DNA of 64,000 nucleotides, taken from contig OZ245040.1 of NCBI GenBank assembly GCA_965224195.1, positions 1,824,001 to 1,888,000 of the forward strand. The letters are read 5' to 3'. Source of the DNA: Nitrosopumilus sp. Its GTDB lineage: Archaea > Thermoproteota > Nitrososphaeria > Nitrososphaerales > Nitrosopumilaceae. The translations under genes and the position numbers were made by a program. Position 1 is the first letter of the stretch. The number at the start of each line of letters is the position of its first letter. Shown here piece after piece: positions 10,987-21,463 of the stretch. Below the pieces are notes generated by a model that did no database searches, had not been told where the DNA came from, and saw only the letters and a program-made list of their open reading frames with translations.

Positions 10987-11763
10987 GTGCAGTTAACGGT
11001 TTTTCCACTTTTAGCAAAAAGAATGGATACAAAATTTGATGTTTTTGAAACATTGCTAAAAACATTAGAAAATAACAATGAATCTTTGGAAGAAGGGGAC
11101 GTTTTGGTAATTTCTACAAAATATATCTCAAACTCACAAGGAAGAATCGTAGATTTAGAAAAAATTATCACATCAGAAGAAGGCGAAAAAGTGTCAAAAG
11201 AATATCAATTAAAACCAGAAATTGCAGAAATAATCATTAGAGAATCAGATAAAATTTTTGGAGGGATTGGAGGGTTTGTAATTACATCATCAGACAATAT
11301 CATGGCACCAAATGCAGGAATCGATAAATCAAATGCAAAGAAAGGGTTGGCCATATTGTATCCAACAAACCCATATCTAACGGCAGAAGAAATTCGTAGA
11401 AAGGTTTTCTTGAAATTCTTCATCCACATAGGAGTAATTCTTGTAGATAGTAGACTAATGCCTGCAAGAATCGGCACGTCAGGTGTTGCAATATCTTGTG
11501 CAGGTATTGAACCAGTACTAGATATGAGAGCAAAAAAAGATCTTGATGGCAATCCATTAAAAGTTACATTTCAAGCAGTTGTAGATAATCTTGCAACAAT
11601 TGCAAATCACAAAATGGGAGAAGGAGCAGAATCAAAACCATTTGCAATAGTTAGAAATTCAGAGGCAACTCTCACTGATAGAAAAATCAATCCATCAGAG
11701 ATGGCAATTTCTCCTGATCAATGTGTTTACGTTAGAGGTTTGTCAAATCCTCCAAAATTCTAA
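10987..11763 (+). CDS. cofE: Coenzyme F420-0:L-glutamate ligase
   Basis: GDVLVISTK, NAGIDKSN, D-S-R, MGEG.E..P motifs. Confidence 0.9.
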   Translation: MQLTVFPLLAKRMDTKFDVFETLLKTLENNNESLEEGDVLVISTKYISNSQGRIVDLEKIITSEEGEKVSKEYQLKPEIAEIIIRESDKIFGGIGGFVITSSDNIMAPNAGIDKSNAKKGLAILYPTNPYLTAEEIRRKVFLKFFIHIGVILVDSRLMPARIGTSGVAISCAGIEPVLDMRAKKDLDGNPLKVTFQAVVDNLATIANHKMGEGAESKPFAIVRNSEATLTDRKINPSEMAISPDQCVYVRGLSNPPKF

Positions 11764-11811
11764 CCTGAAATCCAGTTCTGCTTTAAATAGAGGAATCAGG
11801 TGTAAAATTCA

Positions 11812-12366
11812 ATGGAATATCTCACCACATATCCCAAAACAGTATCATTCATTGATGGAATAAAACACAAGATTGATGTTGATAGTAAAGATGGTGTAGA
11901 GCAACTCCACATCGTAGTTAAGAAAAGTTTTGAAGAGTTGACAAAAATTTTCACAGATGAAGGTTTCACTAAAGTTAAACTAGAACACAAACAACCGGAT
12001 CAAATTGGGAGTGGTCTAAATTTAAAATTAAAAAAACCTTGGGAAATGCATGTGCGAATGGTTGATTTAAAAAAAGGATTAATTGGCATTCATGCAGAAG
12101 TAGAAGTTTCAAGGGACTATCTACAACATTTGTTTTCTCAAAGAACCCCAGTAGTTTATGAAGTAGAAGAAATTTTAAAAAAATATCAAGTAGATTACAA
12201 TATTTGGCATGATAAAATTAAGAAAAACGTACATGCCATAGTTGATAATTACAAAGTAAGACTTGCAACACCCAGCATCCCAGTTTTTGCATGGAAACCA
12301 ATGTTGTTTGTGATTGGTACTATAGCAGCATTTTACGGTTGGAAATACTTTAACACAATCTGGTAG
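11812..12366 (+). CDS. Hypothetical protein with C-terminal transmembrane helix
   Basis: 184-aa ORF; hydrophobic tail MLFVIGTIAAFYGW. Confidence 0.7.
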   Translation: MEYLTTYPKTVSFIDGIKHKIDVDSKDGVEQLHIVVKKSFEELTKIFTDEGFTKVKLEHKQPDQIGSGLNLKLKKPWEMHVRMVDLKKGLIGIHAEVEVSRDYLQHLFSQRTPVVYEVEEILKKYQVDYNIWHDKIKKNVHAIVDNYKVRLATPSIPVFAWKPMLFVIGTIAAFYGWKYFNTIW

Positions 12367-12368
12367 GA

Positions 12369-12695
12369 CTAAACTCCGAGAGCTTCGGCCTTACTTAGTT
12401 CTAAAAAGACCTTATCTCCAACTGAAAGACCCATCTCTTTGTATTCATGCATTTCAAGTTTTAATTGAGTAACACCGGATTGCATACCAGCCCCACCCAT
12501 ACCAGACATCATCTTGTTCAAGTCTTTCATCATGTCATTCATGTTTGAAAATCCCATTACCTTTGGTGCTCCAAACGGAGGTTGTTGAGTTTGAGTTCCC
12601 TCCTTTAGATCCTTAAGCGAAGACAATGAAACTACCACATATGGTGCCCCATCAGGTGCTGAATCTATGCTTTTTACTACAAATTCTTTCTTCAT
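12369..12695 (-). CDS. Hypothetical protein, possibly arcadin-1-like
   Basis: N-terminal beta strands, low-complexity M/G linker, C-terminal LxxxEYxxxGLxVGDxV pattern. Confidence 0.55.
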   Translation of the reverse strand: MKKEFVVKSIDSAPDGAPYVVVSLSSLKDLKEGTQTQQPPFGAPKVMGFSNMNDMMKDLNKMMSGMGGAGMQSGVTQLKLEMHEYKEMGLSVGDKVFLELSKAEALGV

Positions 12696-12799
12696 ATCTA
12701 GAGTTGTATCTAATTCAATATAATTTTAATTTTAAGGTCAATTTGCACTAGATTGGGTAAGTTTGAAGCTTTAATTACAATTTTTAGGATTTTAAATCA

Positions 12800-13333
12800 T
12801 TGTCAGAAAATGTAAAAACGACATTACGATACTATGGGATTTCACCATGGGAAATTGAGGTTCTATACGGATATCTAAATTCCCGCTTTACCATAATTCA
12901 AGATGAAATAGAGGTAGACGATGAAAATTTTGTAAGTTACTTAGATATCGATATTCCACTTCAATTCAATGAAGAATTTTTCCAATGGTTTGATTTCAAA
13001 CGTTGGGAGCAAATCAAATCTGTATTCAAAGAAATGAAGAGACGGAGGGGTAGTGGTAATGCTTTAAAAATTGTAATTAACTTTTCTGGAAAACCAAAAA
13101 TAGTTTTCAGAATAGATATTGAAGAGAAACAATGGTTTGATAATGCATTAGAAAAAATTGATTTTGTATTAGAATTATTGCCATATCATCTAGATCCAGA
13201 AAAAATCCCATCAGATATTTCTAAAATAATATACAAATTTGATTCAGAGTCAATTAGATGGCGTCTAGATACAGCTTTATCTAAAAATAAAAAATATACG
13301 TTTACAGGAGATGCATGGAATGAAATTATTTAA
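12800..13333 (+). CDS. Hypothetical protein
   Basis: 177-aa ORF with normal composition. Confidence 0.7.
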   Translation: MSENVKTTLRYYGISPWEIEVLYGYLNSRFTIIQDEIEVDDENFVSYLDIDIPLQFNEEFFQWFDFKRWEQIKSVFKEMKRRRGSGNALKIVINFSGKPKIVFRIDIEEKQWFDNALEKIDFVLELLPYHLDPEKIPSDISKIIYKFDSESIRWRLDTALSKNKKYTFTGDAWNEII

Positions 13334-13760
13334 GATCTTTTTGTAAAGGTTCTAACAATCCATGTAATTCCTTATACTTTGATTCTAAAAATCCAAGTGC
13401 ATCAACAAGTTTTTTGGATTTTCCATATTTGTAACGAATTAACTCTCTATGATGCCAAAACGTTTGATTCTCACCAATAGACAAGGTAGTGAAATAATCA
13501 GTACCAATCAAAGAATCAGGAAGTTTCACATCATGTGGAAATAAAATATCTACAATAAACCATTCATCACCATCGGGATAATCAGAACCAGTTTCTACAT
13601 CAAAAAACACATGCAGTAAATCAGACTGCATAAGACCATCATCACTAATAGAGGGATGTTTAACAGATGATTTTTTAAAATCCAAATTAACTAACTGTGG
13701 TTCAAAAAAACCTTTGATGATAGATTTTCTAAATATTTTATTTGCTTCATTAATATTCAA
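13326..13760 (-). CDS. Hypothetical protein
   Basis: 144-aa ORF. Confidence 0.65.
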   Translation of the reverse strand: MNINEANKIFRKSIIKGFFEPQLVNLDFKKSSVKHPSISDDGLMQSDLLHVFFDVETGSDYPDGDEWFIVDILFPHDVKLPDSLIGTDYFTTLSIGENQTFWHHRELIRYKYGKSKKLVDALGFLESKYKELHGLLEPLQKDLK

Positions 13761-13817
13761 ATGCAGAATAACATTCTACGAAACTTGCCTATAACTTCTT
13801 AGGTTCAGGGGAATAAT

Positions 13818-14780
13818 CTAGACTTCTAAGGAATCTAATATTTTTGAAATGTCAGTATTAGGATGACCATTTTTTGAAATATTTTGTTTTGCAGGAGGGT
13901 TTTCCAAATAATTTGGAATCTTGTCTTTGATTCTTTGAGTGTATGAAGATATCAGTTTATTTTTGTAGAAAACTCCAGTTGGTATTTTATCTCCCCATTC
14001 AAGTGATTTAATCAAAGCTTGAGATAGTTTTTCGTTAACTTCAACTTCAGAATTATAGTGAACTACCGGTTCAAACCCATGATCTTCTAGTTTGTAAATT
14101 CTAGAATGTCTTTTTTGGGCCTCATCCATTAAATCAGCTCCGGCATACCAATCTCGAGTGTTAAGATCATTGTAAGTTGGACAGGGTTGTAACACATCAA
14201 GAAATGAAAGACCTTTGTGATTTACAGCTTGAACTATCAAATCTTTGAGATGACGAACATCGTAAGAATAACCCCGTGCTACAAACGTGAACCCACTGGT
14301 GATTGCCAATCCAATTGGATTAACATTAGAATTGGTATTTGGGGATGGTAATGATTTTGTTTTTTCACCTAGTTTCAAAGTAGGAGATGCCTGACCTTTT
14401 GTTAAACCATAAACTCCATTATCAAAAATAATGTAAGTCATATCCACATTTCGTCTGCCAGCAGCAACAAAATGACCAGCACCAATACCCAAACCATCAC
14501 CATCTCCCCCTACTGCAACAACAGTAAGATCAGGATTTGCAATTTTTGCACCTTGGGCAAATGTCAAAACTCTTCCGTGCAATGTGTGTACACCATATGT
14601 GTTAATGAAGTGGGATGTTTTACCAGAGCATCCAATTCCAGAAAACATGACAGCTTTATCTCTTTCAATACCCATCTCGGCTAATGCCATTTGAATTGCA
14701 TTAACTATTCCAAAGTCTCCACAACCAGGACACCAATCGTTATGAACATCTGTTTTGTAATCAGCTAGTTTAAGCGCCAT
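13818..14780 (-). CDS. 2-oxoacid:ferredoxin oxidoreductase beta subunit
   Basis: WCPGCG, SGIGCS, GGDGD TPP-binding motif, YGLTKGQ. Confidence 0.95.
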   Translation of the reverse strand: MALKLADYKTDVHNDWCPGCGDFGIVNAIQMALAEMGIERDKAVMFSGIGCSGKTSHFINTYGVHTLHGRVLTFAQGAKIANPDLTVVAVGGDGDGLGIGAGHFVAAGRRNVDMTYIIFDNGVYGLTKGQASPTLKLGEKTKSLPSPNTNSNVNPIGLAITSGFTFVARGYSYDVRHLKDLIVQAVNHKGLSFLDVLQPCPTYNDLNTRDWYAGADLMDEAQKRHSRIYKLEDHGFEPVVHYNSEVEVNEKLSQALIKSLEWGDKIPTGVFYKNKLISSYTQRIKDKIPNYLENPPAKQNISKNGHPNTDISKILDSLEV

Positions 14781-16680
14781 GCATTAGTACCTCACGTTTG
14801 TTTGCTTTTTTCTCAATAATTTTCTTAAGTGAATCATAGATTTCAGTACTAGTCATTGCTCGTCCATTGTATTTTAAGATAAAGTAGTCAATATCACGAG
14901 ATGTGTTTTGTTTGAAAAGTTTTCCTAGTTGACCTGAATGATTTGCTTCAATGTCAATAATCGTTTTTACATCTTTCAATAAAGAATTAACACGATCACT
15001 TGGAAATGGATGTAATAATTTTAATTGAATAAATCCTATGGATATTCCTTCTTTTTTGAACATCTCTAATGCATCAAGGATTGGACCTTTTGCAGAACCC
15101 CATGAAACTATAGTGTGTTCTTCAACACCAAAAGACTTTGCTTGTTCATCATCAGGAATCTCTTTTAGAATTAAATCCAAACGAGACATCCTCTTATCCA
15201 TCATTTTTACACGTAGAATTGGATCCTCAGTAATGTGGCCTGTTTCATCAGATTCATCTCCAGTATTCCAAAAAATACCATTATCAATTCCCAATCTTGA
15301 ACGAGGGGAGATTCCATCATCTGTAAACTCAAATCTTCTATATCCATCATCTACTTTTTCCAAGAGTTTTCCTCTATTGATTGAGATTTTTGCAGGATCA
15401 AATCTTTTACAAGTTATTACAGAACTGGCCATGAATTTATCCATAAGATGGATTAAAGGTACTTGAAAAATTTCCGTATAGTTAAAGCAATTTCCAGTAT
15501 CATAGAAACTCTCCTCAATATCACCTGAAGCATAAACAATTTTTGGAAAATCACCATGTCCGGCATACACTGAAAATAGTAAATCATCCTGTCCATGTCG
15601 TGTAGGAAGACCAGTTGATGGTCCACTTCTTTGATAATTTGTAATTACAATTGGCACTTCATTAATTCCTGCCCAACCTAACATTTCAGCCATTAATGCA
15701 AATCCAGGTCCCGAAGTACATGTTGCTGAACGAGTTCCAGTTAGTGCACCACCAATAGTCATGCCCATTGCACTAATTTCATCTTCAGTTTGAATTACTG
15801 CAGTTGATCCAAGCCTATCACCTGTAATGTTTAAAATTTCATTTGATTCAAGAAATACAGATTCATCAGATGCAGGAGTGATTGGGTAATACGGTTGAAA
15901 TCTACAACCACATGCCATTTTTCCTAAAGCAGTTCCCTGAAAACCTTGAGCCAAAATAGTGCCAGGTTCTTTTTCGGCTCCAGATAAAACATAATCAAAG
16001 TTTTCAAATTTTACTGTAGCATAATTATAAGAATAGTTTGCAGTTTCTTGATTTATTTTTGCAATTTCAACTTTTTTAGAAAAGATATCTCCAATCGCTT
16101 TTTGTAATGAATCAGTAGGCATCTTAACTAATCCCAAAGACAAAGAGACGCCAATGACATTATACATTCTAATCAATCCTTTCAGTCTAGGATTCTCAGT
16201 TTCTTCAGACAAAGATTCAAGAATCGATTTAAATGATACAGGAAATAATTTCACACCATTTTCTTTTGCAATCTCTAAAACACCAGATATAGTAAATGGT
16301 TTATTTTTAGATTCTAGTTCTTTATGCAATCTTTCTTTGAATTGAGCATCAAGTGTATGTACTGAATCAGTTTTAACATCTTCTAGTTCAGAATCATAAA
16401 TTATTCCACCATCAGATATTACCTCATCATAATGACGAAAGATTGTTTCAGCATCAAATGATGCCATCAAGTTCACATCATTTACATTTGAATTAATTTT
16501 TTTATCTGCAACTCTGACAGTAAAGTAACTGTGTTCTCCTTTGATGTTAGAATAAAATTCCCGTTTTCCAAATATTTGATAACCCATTTCAGCACAGACT
16601 TTGGAGAAAATATTGGCGCCAGATTCAACCCCACTTCCTTGAGGACCTCCAATCAGCCACGTAAAATCAACTAAACTCAC
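14770..16680 (-). CDS. 2-oxoacid:ferredoxin oxidoreductase alpha(+gamma) subunit
   Basis: [28 protein letters not shown]. Confidence 0.95.
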   Translation of the reverse strand: MSLVDFTWLIGGPQGSGVESGANIFSKVCAEMGYQIFGKREFYSNIKGEHSYFTVRVADKKINSNVNDVNLMASFDAETIFRHYDEVISDGGIIYDSELEDVKTDSVHTLDAQFKERLHKELESKNKPFTISGVLEIAKENGVKLFPVSFKSILESLSEETENPRLKGLIRMYNVIGVSLSLGLVKMPTDSLQKAIGDIFSKKVEIAKINQETANYSYNYATVKFENFDYVLSGAEKEPGTILAQGFQGTALGKMACGCRFQPYYPITPASDESVFLESNEILNITGDRLGSTAVIQTEDEISAMGMTIGGALTGTRSATCTSGPGFALMAEMLGWAGINEVPIVITNYQRSGPSTGLPTRHGQDDLLFSVYAGHGDFPKIVYASGDIEESFYDTGNCFNYTEIFQVPLIHLMDKFMASSVITCKRFDPAKISINRGKLLEKVDDGYRRFEFTDDGISPRSRLGIDNGIFWNTGDESDETGHITEDPILRVKMMDKRMSRLDLILKEIPDDEQAKSFGVEEHTIVSWGSAKGPILDALEMFKKEGISIGFIQLKLLHPFPSDRVNSLLKDVKTIIDIEANHSGQLGKLFKQNTSRDIDYFILKYNGRAMTSTEIYDSLKKIIEKKANKREVLMHGA

Positions 16681-16729
16681 AGATATTCACACATTTCCTG
16701 AATTTTAATAGTATGATAGTTCATATCTT

Positions 16730-16876
16730 CTAACCTCCGGTGGCTGCATCAAACAATGCACATTCACATTTATCACGTTCACCACAATAAGGACATACAC
16801 ATACACATTTTTCAATCGAATTCCCGCATTCTACACAAATAGCAAATTCTTCCTCTTCTTCAACTTTAGAAGACAT
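16730..16876 (-). CDS. Small Cys-rich metal-binding protein (start reset to MSSKVEE)
   Basis: 48 aa with CVEC...CVCVCPYC...CEC. Confidence 0.7.
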   Translation of the reverse strand: MSSKVEEEEEFAICVECGNSIEKCVCVCPYCGERDKCECALFDAATGG

Positions 16877-16929
16877 TGCTAAAATTACAAAGAAATCGTA
16901 TAAATGGTTTAAGATGAATATCAAGACTG

Positions 16930-17898
16930 ATGAAAAAAAAAGTTTTCCTTACAAGAACTTTGCATGACTTTGCACTAAAAGAGTTAAGGAAAAAATATCA
17001 AATTGAAATTCATTCAGGTCAAATTCCCATTCCACAAACTAAATTGCGATCAAAAATTAAAGACATTGACGGTCTAATCTGTTTTCCATATGACAACATC
17101 AACAAAGAAATCATTGATGAAGGAAAAAATCTCAAAGTCATTAGCACGTATAGTGTAGGTTTTGATCATATAGATACTGAATACTCTAATATTAAAAAAA
17201 TCCGTGTCGGTTACACGCCAGAAGTTTTAACAAATGCAACAGCAGATATGGCTTTTTCATTACTATCAGACATTGCAAGAAGGACTACTGAAGGGGATAG
17301 AATAATCAGAGATGGAAAATGGAAAGAAATCTACGGTGCATTTGATTATGTTGGAGTAGATCTTCAAGGAAAAACACTTGGAATTTTAGGTCTAGGTAGA
17401 ATTGGCAGTACGCTTGCTAAACGAGCAAAAGCATTTGACATAAAAATTATATATCATAATAGAAAACACGTTGCAAAATCTAAAGAGAAATCACTTGATG
17501 CAAAATATGTGTCATTTGAAAAACTAATCACTACAAGTGATTTTATTTCAATACATGTACCTCACACAAAAGAAACAGATAGATTGTTTAACATGAAAAT
17601 TTTTAAAAAAATGAAAAAATCATCATTTTTGATTAACACGTCAAGGGGAAAAGTGGTAAATGAGAAAGATCTTGCCACAGCATTAAAGAAAAGAATTATT
17701 TCAGGCGCAGGCTTGGATGTTTTTGAAAAAGAGCCAATTAAAAAAAATCATTCACTAGTAAAATTGCCAAATATTGTACTTGCCCCACACATAGGAAGCT
17801 CAACAAAAGAAACAAGAATCAAAATGGCTGAAATTACTGTGAAGAATTTGAATTTAGGAATTAATGGAAAAAAGCCAATGTATTCAGTAGGATATTGA
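16930..17898 (+). CDS. D-isomer-specific 2-hydroxyacid dehydrogenase (glyoxylate/hydroxypyruvate reductase type)
   Basis: GLGRIG, INTSRG, LDVFEKEP, PHIGS. Confidence 0.92.
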   Translation: MKKKVFLTRTLHDFALKELRKKYQIEIHSGQIPIPQTKLRSKIKDIDGLICFPYDNINKEIIDEGKNLKVISTYSVGFDHIDTEYSNIKKIRVGYTPEVLTNATADMAFSLLSDIARRTTEGDRIIRDGKWKEIYGAFDYVGVDLQGKTLGILGLGRIGSTLAKRAKAFDIKIIYHNRKHVAKSKEKSLDAKYVSFEKLITTSDFISIHVPHTKETDRLFNMKIFKKMKKSSFLINTSRGKVVNEKDLATALKKRIISGAGLDVFEKEPIKKNHSLVKLPNIVLAPHIGSSTKETRIKMAEITVKNLNLGINGKKPMYSVGY

Positions 17899-17967
17899 TT
17901 TTCACGCATGAGTTAGAAGCTAGTTAAATGTGCAGTTTTTATATAGAAATTGTAACCTAAAATCAGA

Positions 17968-18057
17968 TTGAAAAAATTTAAGCATACAAATGAAGAATTA
18001 GAATTAGCTAAACTACAGTCTGAAAAAGAAAAGAAAGAAAAAGAGTCTGAAGAATAA
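17968..18057 (+). CDS. Putative 29-aa highly charged small protein (not in ORF track)
   Basis: TTG start ~22 nt after TTTTTATATA box; MKKFKHTNEELELAKLQSEKEKKEKESEE*. Confidence 0.5.
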   Translation: MKKFKHTNEELELAKLQSEKEKKEKESEE

Positions 18058-18066
18058 GACTTTTTT

Positions 18067-18095
18067 ACTTGTCTTTTTCAGACAAGTTTTTTTTT
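18067..18095 (+). terminator. Hairpin plus T-tract between convergent genes
   Basis: ACTTGTCT-TTTTC-AGACAAGT followed by a T run. Confidence 0.5.
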
Positions 18096-18471
18096 AAAAT
18101 CTAATTTTAGAAGTGAATTTTTGATTTAGTTGATCATAGAGTCTTTTTCTTTCAGTAACTAGTTGTTTTGAATCATCATACATTTTTGTAAAAAATGCTG
18201 CAAGAATACGTTCACCGCTTTCATCAAAAAATCTAACACTGAAATTAATTTTTTCAGGTTTTTGCTCTTGAACAAATTCTGCGGTTTTGATTATCTCTGA
18301 ATTAAGATGTGCATGAGCCGGCCCATCATTGTCTCCAATTGTAATCCATTTGTCTTTTTGTCTAATACTAAGAGAGTCACTTCGAATCTCACTTGTAGCA
18401 CCATTGTTTTTTATGATAAGTAAAACATCATCAATTTTTATCAAATCAGATAGTAATTCTAAAAGCAACAA
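18094..18471 (-). CDS. HutX/ChuX-like haem utilisation protein
   Basis: Size and pattern (IIKNNGATSE...HAHLN...SVRFFD..GE) resemble ChuX/HutX. Confidence 0.65.
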   Translation of the reverse strand: MLLLELLSDLIKIDDVLLIIKNNGATSEIRSDSLSIRQKDKWITIGDNDGPAHAHLNSEIIKTAEFVQEQKPEKINFSVRFFDESGERILAAFFTKMYDDSKQLVTERKRLYDQLNQKFTSKIRF

Positions 18472-18494
18472 TAGTTCTTTAAAACTAAATTATT

Positions 18495-18776
18495 TCAATT
18501 TTTGGAACGATTCATGTCAATTTGGACAAAATCATCAGTATCACCATGAACACAATCTGTCCCTATTGCTTTAACTGGTGAAAAACTAACTTTTCCATCA
18601 TGCATTTTACCTTCATTTTGTAAAATGCCTATTTTACCGGATACAACGTGCTTGTGTTTTTGACAAGTTACTCCCACCATATATTCATCAGGTCCAGAAA
18701 TAATCGATACAATAAATTGAGGAGGATTAACACATTGTTTTCCATCTTCCATTACTGAACATTTGTCAGGTACCAT
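18495..18776 (-). CDS. Hypothetical Cys/His-containing protein
   Basis: 93-aa ORF, C..C..CxxH..C. Confidence 0.7.
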   Translation of the reverse strand: MVPDKCSVMEDGKQCVNPPQFIVSIISGPDEYMVGVTCQKHKHVVSGKIGILQNEGKMHDGKVSFSPVKAIGTDCVHGDTDDFVQIDMNRSKN

Positions 18777-18864
18777 AGTTTGATTTAGAATTTTATTGGA
18801 TATTAATCTTGATTGTAAGAGATTTAATTTATTATCAACTTAATTAAATCAAGATTGAAAGTAA

Positions 18865-20172
18865 TTGACACATAGTTTTGACGTTATAATTATTGGAGGA
18901 GGTATTCTTGGAACTTCAATATCATATTTTTTATCATTTCTAAATAAATCAAAAAAAATAGCAGTTATTGAACAAGCCCACAATGTTGCTTTTCATACAA
19001 GTGGAAGAAACACAGGTAAAGTTCATGCCCCATATCTATACAATCCAGAAAAGAAAAAATTATTTGCAAAATCAGCTTTCCACGGTTATGAAATGTGGGA
19101 AACATATGCAAAATTAAAAAAATTACCATTTAAAAAAGACGGAGTTATTGAAGTTGCTTTAGATGAAAAAGGAATCAATGTTCTTGAAAAATATCTCAAA
19201 TGGGGAAAACAAAACGGCTTAGAAGATAACGACATTAAATTATGTAACAAAGAAGAAATAAAAAAAATAGAGCCAGAAATTAAATGTGAATCAGCGTTAT
19301 GTGTTTACAAAGATGCATCCACAGATTATTCTTTATTTACAAATTCAATAATGAAAGACAGTAAAGAAAGCGGTACAACATTTTTGTTAGATACAAGAGT
19401 TACAAAAATAGGAAAAGAAAAAAACAGATGGGTAATTACAATAAATGATGACCATGAAATTTATGCAAAATTTTTAATCAATACTGCAGGAGGGGAAGCT
19501 GTAGATATTGCACATAATGTAGGAGTAGCAAAAAAAATTACAGATGTACATTTTAGAGGGGAATATTGGAAAGTTTCCAAAGAGTACAACAATCTTACAA
19601 AATCTAGCGTGTATTCTGTTCCTGAATTTCCAGAATATCCATTCTTAGATCCACATTGGATTCTTAGAGTGGATGGTAGTTGTGAAATTGGACCAAATGC
19701 AGTTCCAGTTTTTAGCCCATACGGATATGATAAAGTAGAAAATATCAAAGAATTCATTCCAAAAATGCTAGAGATGTTAGGTTCAGGTGCAAGAAAAGCA
19801 ATTTTTGATAAACAATTTCAAGAACTTGCAATGAATGAAATACAATCATCCATGTCAAAAACCGCAATGGTTGATAGAGTAAAAAAATTCTTGCCAAAAA
19901 TAGAGGCAGATAAAATAACTGAAAAAGGTACAGCAGGAATAAGATCATCAATCATTGATGAAAACGGAAAATTTGTGCCAGATGTAATTCAAATTGATGA
20001 TGAAGTATCATTTCATATTTTAAACTACAACTCCCCAGGCGCTACAGGAGCTTTGCCATTTGCGGCACACATTGTAAACCATCTAAATAAAGAAGGGTTT
20101 TTCAGGTGTGATGATATTGAAGCGCAATGCGGTCCATGGAAATTCAATGAAGTTATAGAAAAAATCAAGTAA
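18865..20172 (+). CDS. FAD-dependent oxidoreductase, L-2-hydroxyglutarate oxidase (LhgO)-like
   Basis: GGGILG, TSGRNTGKVHA, FRGEY, AGIRS, SPGAT. Confidence 0.85.
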   Translation: MTHSFDVIIIGGGILGTSISYFLSFLNKSKKIAVIEQAHNVAFHTSGRNTGKVHAPYLYNPEKKKLFAKSAFHGYEMWETYAKLKKLPFKKDGVIEVALDEKGINVLEKYLKWGKQNGLEDNDIKLCNKEEIKKIEPEIKCESALCVYKDASTDYSLFTNSIMKDSKESGTTFLLDTRVTKIGKEKNRWVITINDDHEIYAKFLINTAGGEAVDIAHNVGVAKKITDVHFRGEYWKVSKEYNNLTKSSVYSVPEFPEYPFLDPHWILRVDGSCEIGPNAVPVFSPYGYDKVENIKEFIPKMLEMLGSGARKAIFDKQFQELAMNEIQSSMSKTAMVDRVKKFLPKIEADKITEKGTAGIRSSIIDENGKFVPDVIQIDDEVSFHILNYNSPGATGALPFAAHIVNHLNKEGFFRCDDIEAQCGPWKFNEVIEKIK

Positions 20173-20198
20173 ATTGTAAGATAGGAAATTAATGAATA

Positions 20199-21260
20199 TT
20201 ATTTTATTTTATATCTAAGAATTGCTAAGACAGAATTATCAATATCTAATTTTTTAATAATATTTGGAGAAACTGCAAATTCTATTTTAGCAGAAGTATT
20301 TTTTGCAATTTCAAGCATCTTGATTATTTTTTTAAATTGAGAATTTGTGTGATAATTGGCAGAAACAATTAAGATATCTACAGCACCCATTTCTAATGCC
20401 TTGTAAATGACATTATTTCTTTTAGCAGTTAAGCCGTCTTTGAATAATTTTTCATATTTTTCAAGTAATTCAATGACATGTTTTCGCCTATGTTGGTATA
20501 GATGATGGATAATTTTCTCATGAATATCTTTAGATGGAGTTGAAAAAGATAAATTTTCTACAAATCTACATTTTTTCATCAATTCTGAATCAAGTTCGTC
20601 ATAAAATTCGGTTTTTGCAGGACCAGAACCACCTAACAAAAGTAATTCTGAATTAGAATCCATTGTTTTTATTTTATTTGCAACCTTCTTAAAGAAAACG
20701 TGGATTTTTGTTTGTCGAGCCCTCAAAAAGCGCCCCTGGCTTTGTCCACCTTTTCTATGTCTACCCTGTAAATCAATTTTGAGTTTTGCTTCTTGTAATA
20801 TTTGACTTCCATGGAATTTTTGAATTCTTGCAGTTTTTTGATCAAGTGTTACCAATAAAATATCATAATTAGTTTTTAGAACATCATCGAATGGTTTGAT
20901 GTATGGTTTTTTATTTACCATGTAGATGTAAGGAAGTTTTTTTGAAGTTCCAATTTCTTTAATTATTATTTTACCATTATTTACCCAACCAAAAATACAA
21001 AGAGTTTGTACAAATTTTCCAACAGATAAAGGATTCTTTTTAAGATCTAGAATTCTTTTTTGGATTTTAGATTTAATTTTTTCAACAGTGTCATTACGTT
21101 TATTTTCATTTAATAAAGAAATTGTTTCGTCGCCCTTACCATAAGGATAATAGACAGACACACATGTAGAGTTAATTTGTTTTATTTCATGAAGAAACTG
21201 ATTAATAGAAATCCATTCAGATGAAGAAATTTCAGAAGATTCCAAAGTATTCAATAACAA
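20199..21260 (-). CDS. eRF1-fold peptidyl-tRNA hydrolase paralogue (baeRF/VLRF1-like)
   Basis: HRKGGQSQGRF catalytic loop, LGGSG, eRF1 domain-3 end (ILRY); no NIKS seen. Confidence 0.8.
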   Translation of the reverse strand: MLLNTLESSEISSSEWISINQFLHEIKQINSTCVSVYYPYGKGDETISLLNENKRNDTVEKIKSKIQKRILDLKKNPLSVGKFVQTLCIFGWVNNGKIIIKEIGTSKKLPYIYMVNKKPYIKPFDDVLKTNYDILLVTLDQKTARIQKFHGSQILQEAKLKIDLQGRHRKGGQSQGRFLRARQTKIHVFFKKVANKIKTMDSNSELLLLGGSGPAKTEFYDELDSELMKKCRFVENLSFSTPSKDIHEKIIHHLYQHRRKHVIELLEKYEKLFKDGLTAKRNNVIYKALEMGAVDILIVSANYHTNSQFKKIIKMLEIAKNTSAKIEFAVSPNIIKKLDIDNSVLAILRYKIK

Positions 21261-21303
21261 ACAGTAAATGCATGCATATAAAATTCAAATCTAAAATTAA
21301 AAA

Positions 21304-21404
21304 TGGCGCCGGGAGGGAGATTTGAACTCCCGTTCCCTTGCGAGAACGCGCTTTATGGTTAATTATTTCCAGGCGCGCGCCCTACCAGGCTAGGCGACCC
21401 CGGC
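21304..21404 (-). tRNA. tRNA-Ser(GGA) with 14-nt intron at 37/38 (intron 21353-21366), CCA encoded
   Basis: Reverse complement folds as cloverleaf: CGCGC-CT-GGA-A[ATAATTAACCATAA]A-GCGCG, long variable arm, GTTCAAATC T-loop. Confidence 0.92.
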
Positions 21405-21463
21405 ACTAGTCTTGCGACAATGATGTTCTATAAAATGTGATTATAAATTATGTTACTGAGAAA

